64,000 nucleotides of DNA, taken from positions 160,001 through 224,000 of the forward strand of contig CAWAGQ010000013.1 of assembly GCA_963781585.1 (NCBI GenBank), in the 5' to 3' direction. The stretch's first letter is position 1, and each line of letters opens with the position of its first letter. Below, piece by piece: positions 57,681-64,000 of the stretch. The notes beneath the pieces are model-generated. The model worked only from the letters and a program-made list of their open reading frames with translations, was not told the DNA's origin and did not search any database. Source of the stretch: an uncultured Gemmatimonadaceae bacterium (GTDB lineage: Bacteria > Gemmatimonadota > Gemmatimonadetes > Gemmatimonadales > Gemmatimonadaceae). The translations under genes and the position numbers were made by a program.

Positions 57681-59495
57681 ATGACCAACCCGCCACTCTC
57701 TCCGGAATTCCTCGCCCTCCAGCGCGCCGTCGCCGGGCGGTTCTCGCTGGTGCGCGAGCTCGGGCGGGGTGGCATGGGAATCGTCTACCTCGCGCGCGAC
57801 GTCGCCCTGGACCGGTTGGTCGCCATCAAACTGCTGCCGCCGGCCCTGGCCGGGCAGTCCGCGTTCCGCGACCGGTTTCTCCGCGAGGCGCGGATGGCCG
57901 CGTCGCTGGCGCATCCGCACATCGTGCCGATTCATCTCGTCGAATCGACCGGCGACATCGTGTACTTCGTGATGTCGTTCGTGGACGGGGAAACGCTGGG
58001 AGAGCGGGTCCGGCGCCGGGGACCGATGGCCTCGTCCGACGTGATGCGGATCGTCCAGGAAGTGGCCTGGGCGCTGGGGCACGCGCACGCGCGCGGGATC
58101 GTGCATCGGGACATCAAGCCTGACAACATCCTGCTCGACCGGGAGTCGGGGCGCGCGCTGGTGACCGACTTTGGCATCGCCGGCGCGGCGGCCGGCACCA
58201 CCCCGGCCGATGGCCTGCCGGCGGGCACGCCGCACTACCTCAGCCCCGAAGTGGCGCGCGGGGAGCATGGCGACGCCCGCGCCGACCTCTACGCGTTAGG
58301 CGTGACCGCCTGGTACGCGCTCACCGGCAGCCACCCGTTCGAGGCCCCCACGCTTCCGGCGCTGCTGGTGAAGCAGGCCTCGGAGCCGCCGCCGGGGCTG
58401 GGCCGGATCGCACCGCATGCGTCCCCGCGGTTCGCGCGCGCGATCGACCGCTGCCTGGCCACGATGCCCGAGCAGCGCTGGCCCGACGCCGAAGCGCTGG
58501 CCGGCGAGGTCGACGTGGTGCGCGCACGCGTGATGCGGTTGCCGGCGCCGGTTCGCGCGTTTGCGTCGGAGGCGATATCGGCAGGCGACCTGATAGCGAC
58601 CGGCATAGCCGGCGCTGCGACGGCATTGACGGTGCTGGCTGTTCTCCATCGCGGAGGGCCGTTCGACGACATGGTGGCGACCGCCACGCTGGTGCCGGTG
58701 GCCTCCGCTTTTCTCGGCGTTGCGCTTCTGCGAGTCGGAGGTGTGGGCATCGCTGCTCGAGACCTGATCGAGGCAGGGTACGACTTCGAAGCCGCGCGTG
58801 CCGGCCTGGTCCACACCTACGCCGAGCGAGGCGGTGAGGAGGCGGAGAAGCTTTCCACGTCACACAGACGTCGAGCGCTGGTCTACGGGGCCACCGCCCT
58901 CATCAAGGAAGCGATCGCAATCTCGTTGGCTCTGTGGGCAAGGTCGACCTGGATCTATCTCCCGGCCGAGGTGTTCGCGGTGCTCATTCCGCCCTTCGCC
59001 GCGCGAACCATCTGGCGCACCCTCGGGCTCGGGCCGGGGCTGTGGCTGCGCCTGCTCGGAGGCCGACTGGGCCGGTTCATGTTCTCGGTTGCGCGCCGGC
59101 TCGCGCGCCGCAGCACTGCGCCCGCGGCCGACGCCCAATCGACGATCGCGGCGCTCGGCAGCGACGCCGAGGGGACATTCCTTCGCCTGCCGCTCGGCGT
59201 GCGCGATGACCTGCGCAACGTCCCGCGTCTGCTGAGTGCGCTGGGACGTAAGGCCGAGGTGCTGAGAACGAAGGCCGACGACCCCGTGGCGGCGGAACGG
59301 CTGGCCACCGTGGTCGCGGCCATCGAGGCCATGCGGCTGGACCTGCTGAGCCTCGAGGCAGGGCTTGTCACCATCCCGGATGTGACACGCCATCTCCAGG
59401 ATGCCGAACGCATCGCGCGGGCCGTCGACAATCTGCTGGAAACGCCCCCGCATGTCGCGACGGAGAAACTGGTCGGAGATCCAACCCCCACCTGA
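57681..59495 (+). CDS. Hanks-type Ser/Thr kinase with multi-TM C-terminal region
   Basis: GRGGMG, VAIK, HRDIKPDN, DFG, GTPHYLSPE, about 4 hydrophobic helices. Confidence 0.9.
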   Translation: MTNPPLSPEFLALQRAVAGRFSLVRELGRGGMGIVYLARDVALDRLVAIKLLPPALAGQSAFRDRFLREARMAASLAHPHIVPIHLVESTGDIVYFVMSFVDGETLGERVRRRGPMASSDVMRIVQEVAWALGHAHARGIVHRDIKPDNILLDRESGRALVTDFGIAGAAAGTTPADGLPAGTPHYLSPEVARGEHGDARADLYALGVTAWYALTGSHPFEAPTLPALLVKQASEPPPGLGRIAPHASPRFARAIDRCLATMPEQRWPDAEALAGEVDVVRARVMRLPAPVRAFASEAISAGDLIATGIAGAATALTVLAVLHRGGPFDDMVATATLVPVASAFLGVALLRVGGVGIAARDLIEAGYDFEAARAGLVHTYAERGGEEAEKLSTSHRRRALVYGATALIKEAIAISLALWARSTWIYLPAEVFAVLIPPFAARTIWRTLGLGPGLWLRLLGGRLGRFMFSVARRLARRSTAPAADAQSTIAALGSDAEGTFLRLPLGVRDDLRNVPRLLSALGRKAEVLRTKADDPVAAERLATVVAAIEAMRLDLLSLEAGLVTIPDVTRHLQDAERIARAVDNLLETPPHVATEKLVGDPTPT

Positions 59496-59514
59496 GGGGA
59501 ACGGCCTCTCCGCG

Positions 59515-60906
59515 TCAGGAGGACGTGTTCGTCGAAGCGAGACTTTTCAGCATCCGGTACCAGAATTCCACCGCGTCGTGGAACGACTTCACGGGAATCC
59601 GCTCGTCGCGGCCGTGGGCGCGGATGTCGTCGATGCGGTCGAACACGGCGCTCACGCCGTAGACCGGAATGCCCGCGTTGCGCGCGTAGAGACCGTCGGT
59701 GGCGCCGGTCGACATCTCCGGAACGATGACGGCACCGGGCCACATCTGTGCCACGATCGTCTCGATAGGCCCCATGACGTCGCGACGCAGCGGCGACGCG
59801 GGACTCAGTGTCGGTTCGGCGATGCGTGACAGGTGGATCGCGGTATCGGCCAAGACCCGCGTCAGCACGGCCTGCACGCTGTCGGGAGGATCGTCAGGTA
59901 GCATGCGGCAGTTCACCGTGGCGCGGGCGAGCTGGGGAAGCGCATTGTCGGCGTGACCGGCGAAGAGCCGGGTGGCCACGCAGGTGGTGCGCAGCACCGA
60001 GTTATAGTAGGGCGTGGCGGCGGACAGTCGGGCAGCAGCCGCCGGATCGGCCGAGCGCGCCACCGCCTGCATGTCGCGCGCGATGTCGGGCGGCTGGGTC
60101 GGTGCCGAGCGCTCGAAGAACGCCCGTGTCGTCTCGTTGAGCCGCACCGGCCAGGCGTGCGCGGCGAGCCGCGTCAGGCCCGTGCTGAGATGGTAGATGG
60201 CGTTGTCCGGTACCGGCACCGAGCTGTGCCCGCCCTTGTTGCGCACCTCGAGCTGAAAGCTGAGATAGACTTTCTCGGCGGTCTGTACCGAGAAGGCGAC
60301 TGCCTTGCCGTCGCGGAGTTCACCACCCCCGGCGTCGGTGTTGAGCGCGTAGTCGGCGTCAACGAGGTCGCGGTGCTCCTTGAGGAGCCACTTGATGGTC
60401 TCCGATGACGTCTCCTCGTCGGCGGTCAGGACGATGATGAGATCACGGTTCGGGACGAAGCCTTCCTGCTTGAGGCGGATGAAATTCGCGACCAGGGTCG
60501 CGACGCCCGCCTTGTTGTCGGATGACCCGCGCGCGTAGTAGTAACCGTCCTGCTCAAGAAACTTGTATGGGTCGAACGACCAGTCCTCCTTGCGCGCATC
60601 CACGACGTCGAGATGGGCCATGAGGAGAATCGGCTTGGCGCCGGACGCGCGTCCGCGATAGCGCGCCACCAGGCCCTGGTATCGAGGCGAGTATCCCATC
60701 ACCCGGACATCGGCCTGGGGGAAGCCCGCGTCGGTGAGCCGGCGCGCCATCGCCTGCGCCGCGAGATCGGTGTGACCCGCCGAGTCGCTGGTGTTGATCT
60801 CGACCAGTTGTCTGAGGATGTCGGTCTCGAGCTGGCGCTGGTCGGGCGATTGCGCGAGGGCGCTGAGGCCGGGGAGGATGAGGACGAGTGCGGCGAGGGG
60901 ACGCAT
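59515..60906 (-). CDS. Exported M20/M25/M40 metallopeptidase
   Basis: Signal peptide, AHLDVV, RGSSDNK, DEE, GGHSS, GATD, HGRDERI. Confidence 0.9.
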   Translation of the reverse strand: MRPLAALVLILPGLSALAQSPDQRQLETDILRQLVEINTSDSAGHTDLAAQAMARRLTDAGFPQADVRVMGYSPRYQGLVARYRGRASGAKPILLMAHLDVVDARKEDWSFDPYKFLEQDGYYYARGSSDNKAGVATLVANFIRLKQEGFVPNRDLIIVLTADEETSSETIKWLLKEHRDLVDADYALNTDAGGGELRDGKAVAFSVQTAEKVYLSFQLEVRNKGGHSSVPVPDNAIYHLSTGLTRLAAHAWPVRLNETTRAFFERSAPTQPPDIARDMQAVARSADPAAAARLSAATPYYNSVLRTTCVATRLFAGHADNALPQLARATVNCRMLPDDPPDSVQAVLTRVLADTAIHLSRIAEPTLSPASPLRRDVMGPIETIVAQMWPGAVIVPEMSTGATDGLYARNAGIPVYGVSAVFDRIDDIRAHGRDERIPVKSFHDAVEFWYRMLKSLASTNTSS

Positions 60907-60920
60907 GGAAGGGCGGCGCG

Positions 60921-61048
60921 AAGGTCAGAGGCAATGGGTCGCGGCTCATAGGCCGTGAACAGAAGGTCACGGGTCAAAGCTCACAGGTCATGGCCATGAA
61001 CAGAAGGCCAGGGGTCAAAGCACATCGGCCATAGGCCATGACGAGAAG
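60921..61048. repeat. Heptamer-based array with a 41-42-bp higher-order repeat
   Basis: GGCCRTGAACAGAAGGYCASGGGTCAAAGCWCA at 60951 and 60992, with a partial third copy at 61034. Confidence 0.75.
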
Positions 61049-61264
61049 ACACGAAGTGAGCGCCGACGGGGTGACTGGTCATGATATCGAAGGTCGTTTC
61101 TCACCCCCCGGCGGTCAAACCCAGGCCGCGAGGTGGCGTCGTGTCCGGGATGCGGGCGACCTCGATGTGTGGGCTGGCCGGGCCATCTTGCGGCGCCCCG
61201 CGGTGGGCTCGATCATCGGGAATCGCCGAGCGATACATCCTCCGCCCTTGATGAGGTAGACGCG

Positions 61265-62464
61265 ATGTCGGGATTCGGATTGGTTCGAGCGGTTGGCCGC
61301 CGAGGCGTGCTGTCGTGCCTCGTGACATTCGCGATGGTGGCGCCGGTGAGCGCGTCCAACGCGCAACAGACCGCCGCCGCACCCGCTACGGGCCTCTCGC
61401 CTACTCCGCCCATGGGATGGAACAGCTGGAACAAGTTCGGGTGCCGCATCGACGAGCAGTTGATCCGCGAGACAGCCGACGCAATGGTCTCGTCCGGGAT
61501 GAAGGACGCCGGCTATCAGTACGTGAACATCGACGACTGCTGGGAAGCGCCTCAACGCGACGCCAGCGGCGATCTCACAACCGAACCCACCCGCTTTCCA
61601 GGCGGCATGAAGGCGTTGGCGGACTACGTCCACGCCAAGGGCCTCAAGATCGGGATCTACTCCTCGGCCGGCACGGGCACCTGCCAGCGGCGTCCGGCGA
61701 GCCTGGATCATGAAGTGGCCGACGCGAAGAAGTTCGCCGAATGGGGCATCGACTATCTCAAGTACGACAACTGCAACAACGAGAATCGGCCGGCGCTGGA
61801 CCGCTACCGCGCGATGGGCGAGGCGCTGGCGGCGACCGGGCGTCCCATCGTCTACAGCCTGTGCGAGTGGGGACGCAACAAGCCCTGGGAGTGGGGGCGG
61901 ACGGTCGGCGGCCGTCTCTGGCGCACCACCGGCGACATCAGCGATCGCTGGAATTCGATGGTCAGTATTCTCGACCGGCAGGCGGGACTCGAGCAGTACT
62001 CCGGCCCGAACGCCTGGAACGACCCCGACATGCTGGAGGTGGGGAACGGCCGCATGAGCTACGACGAATACGTTGCGCACTTCAGCCTCTGGGCGCTGCT
62101 CAACGCCCCGCTGATTGCGGGGAACGACCTGCGAACGATGTCCGATTCGACGAAGGGGATCCTGACCAATCGCGAAGTGATCGCGGTCGATCAGGACTGG
62201 GGCGGGCGACAGGGGACGCGGCTGCGCGACGACGGCGAGGTGGAGGTGTGGATGAAGCCGATGGCCAACGGCGATCGGGCGGTGATCCTCCTCAACCGCA
62301 GCACCACGCCGTTTCACATCGCGGTGACGCCGAAAGAGCTGGGGCTAAGCGGGGGTCGTCACCGAGCGCGCGATCTGTGGGACCATCGGGATCTCACGTT
62401 CGAGGAGGAGGTCGAGGCACTGGTGCAGGCGCACTCGGTGAAGATGTATGTCGTGAGGCGGTAG
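61265..62464 (+). CDS. Alpha-galactosidase (GH27), exported
   Basis: TPPMGWNSWN, NIDDCW, DYLKYDNC, WRTTGDI, WNDPDMLEVGN. Confidence 0.93.
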   Translation: MSGFGLVRAVGRRGVLSCLVTFAMVAPVSASNAQQTAAAPATGLSPTPPMGWNSWNKFGCRIDEQLIRETADAMVSSGMKDAGYQYVNIDDCWEAPQRDASGDLTTEPTRFPGGMKALADYVHAKGLKIGIYSSAGTGTCQRRPASLDHEVADAKKFAEWGIDYLKYDNCNNENRPALDRYRAMGEALAATGRPIVYSLCEWGRNKPWEWGRTVGGRLWRTTGDISDRWNSMVSILDRQAGLEQYSGPNAWNDPDMLEVGNGRMSYDEYVAHFSLWALLNAPLIAGNDLRTMSDSTKGILTNREVIAVDQDWGGRQGTRLRDDGEVEVWMKPMANGDRAVILLNRSTTPFHIAVTPKELGLSGGRHRARDLWDHRDLTFEEEVEALVQAHSVKMYVVRR

Positions 62465-62547
62465 GGGAGGCCCTCACGTGTTTTCGCCAATCGGTGCGCT
62501 GCCCGCCGCGGTGCCGAACAGAGGACCCCGTCCGCGCGTTGGCACTC

Positions 62548-63714
62548 CTATCGCGCCGTCCACGCACCGCAGCGCGGTTGCGCAGGTGGCTCGCCGTCGC
62601 GTGGCGTGACCTCCTTTCCAGAGTGCTGGCCGCCTCGTACGTGAAGCACCTGGACGCGTTCCAAGCCGTCCTGGATATAGCGAACGCCCAGCACCCAATC
62701 CGTGCCGAACTGCGTCGGGAAGAACCGGGGAGGCAATTCGAGTCGGGCTTCGGCGCGACCGCTACGATATGCCGTCCAAACCAGCGGATAGACCCCTGGC
62801 CTCGCGGGATCCTGAACCCAGATGCGGCCGTCGGTGCCACCGACGATGTCTCGATATGCAGGCGCCGCCTCGGCATACTCGGCTCCGAATATCGCCCCCA
62901 CGCCACCATCGGGCACCATCACCTGACGTGACGACTCCCATCGTTGCTTCATCGCTGCTGTCACGGGTTCCGGCTTCGAAAACGAGGGTACCCGCCGCCG
63001 GATCGAGAAGTCCGGCGCGAACTCAATGAACTCTGCTGCCTCCTGGTCGCCGTAAGCGATTCCGTTTGCCAGGAGCGCAACGACGCCCGCCCGCTCCATC
63101 CGCACCGAAAACATCATGCGACGGTTCGCCTGCCTGAGTACCTCGATGCCAGGCAACCCGGACACGGAATCCACAACCGTCCCGTCAGCACGCAACCGGA
63201 CGAGCGTGATGGTGAGCCGCTGAATCCCGAGGTCGCCAGTTGGCCCCGTTATGGCGCGGCCGACAAAGGTTCCGTCCTCCATGCGACCAAGCACATCGAA
63301 GCGGACGGGGACTGAAAACGAACGGGTATAGTCGCCACTGCCGGTGAAGAGCGAGACGCGACGTGCGGCCCCATCGAAGATGCCGATCGAATCACCGCCG
63401 GCAGAGAACACACGCCGCAGGTAGCGGAACTCGCCCGGGCCAGAACCGTTTCGTCCCGAGGTTCGGATGTGGAGCCCGTCGCTGTTGTAGAATCGTAGCT
63501 CGCTCGAACCGCAGTCCGCTACCAGAATCCCCCCGTCGCCCAGCCGTAAGGCGCCCGCGATGCCCGCGAAGAGGTAGGGAGCGCCGCGATCCTCAGCTCC
63601 GATACTGAGAACGGGCTGAAGTTCAGCGACCAGCGACGCCTGCGCTTGAGCGGCGGGTTGTCGACCGAAGCCCGCCACGACTGCAGCACACCCACAGCTG
63701 TAGAGCACGCGCAC
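62548..63714 (-). CDS. Exported 6-bladed beta-propeller-like protein
   Basis: Signal peptide, ELRFYNSDG...GRNGSGPGEF, DSIGIFD, DGRIWV, GLERVQV. Confidence 0.75.
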   Translation of the reverse strand: MRVLYSCGCAAVVAGFGRQPAAQAQASLVAELQPVLSIGAEDRGAPYLFAGIAGALRLGDGGILVADCGSSELRFYNSDGLHIRTSGRNGSGPGEFRYLRRVFSAGGDSIGIFDGAARRVSLFTGSGDYTRSFSVPVRFDVLGRMEDGTFVGRAITGPTGDLGIQRLTITLVRLRADGTVVDSVSGLPGIEVLRQANRRMMFSVRMERAGVVALLANGIAYGDQEAAEFIEFAPDFSIRRRVPSFSKPEPVTAAMKQRWESSRQVMVPDGGVGAIFGAEYAEAAPAYRDIVGGTDGRIWVQDPARPGVYPLVWTAYRSGRAEARLELPPRFFPTQFGTDWVLGVRYIQDGLERVQVLHVRGGQHSGKEVTPRDGEPPAQPRCGAWTAR

Positions 63715-63749
63715 GCGACAGTTCCTCTTTCTCAGAAGCCGGCCGCAGC

Positions 63750-64000
63750 CTATTCCATCACTATCGTAATCTTCCCCGCCATCATCTCATTGAACGCCTT
63801 CACATCGGTGTCGATGAGTTTGGTGTAGGCCGCCTTCGCCGCAGTGAGGTCCTTCTCGATCTCCGCCAGCACGGCGAGCGACGCATCGGTGGGGCGGTAC
63901 TCGGCACCGCCGGCCACGTCACCCGCGCCGCTCCCCACTTCGCCCGACAGCCAGATCAGGTTCATCAGCACCTTGTACTTCTCCACGTACCACTTGTCGT
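63750..64000 (-). CDS. C-terminus (partial) of a large protein, resembling the helical tail of VPS10/BNR-repeat hydrolases
   Basis: Open to the window end: DKWYVEKYKVLMNL...YRPTDASLAVLAEIEKDL...DVKAFN. Confidence 0.6.
   Translation of the reverse strand, partial: DKWYVEKYKVLMNLIWLSGEVGSGAGDVAGGAEYRPTDASLAVLAEIEKDLTAAKAAYTKLIDTDVKAFNEMMAGKITIVME

Overview
GC-rich (about 68-70% by eye) bacterial chromosome segment. Gene order and family content (ffh-rpsP-rimM-trmD-rplS-rnhB, several beta-propeller proteins, Hanks kinases) suggest Gemmatimonadota, which is an inference. Core blocks: phoB/phoR, add-punA purine salvage, a trmH-pilD-Clp-like operon, lon, the ffh/S16/L19 cluster, tRNA-Lys(UUU), moaC-holB, lytic transglycosylases and a peptide ABC/peptidase cluster. 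Accessory parts: a lower-GC island (about 10.85-16.07 kb) with an IS21 element (2087 bp, 7-bp target duplication), and a patchwork after tRNA-Lys with two half-genes. Most notable signals: (1) the non-palindromic octamer CGTTAGGC occurs 20 times, mostly as rare TTA-GGC (Leu-Gly) codons in core genes; (2) two families of intergenic heptamer arrays with gene-relative polarity; (3) a two-component system divergent from an Asr-like Lys-rich exported peptide, MprF and two separate VirJ-type hydrolases; (4) an intact Hsp100/Clp ATPase with only NBD1; (5) an island lipoprotein ending in a Cys-bracketed hydrophobic peptide. Several isolated frameshifts (lon, istB, sensor kinase) are probably read/assembly errors.
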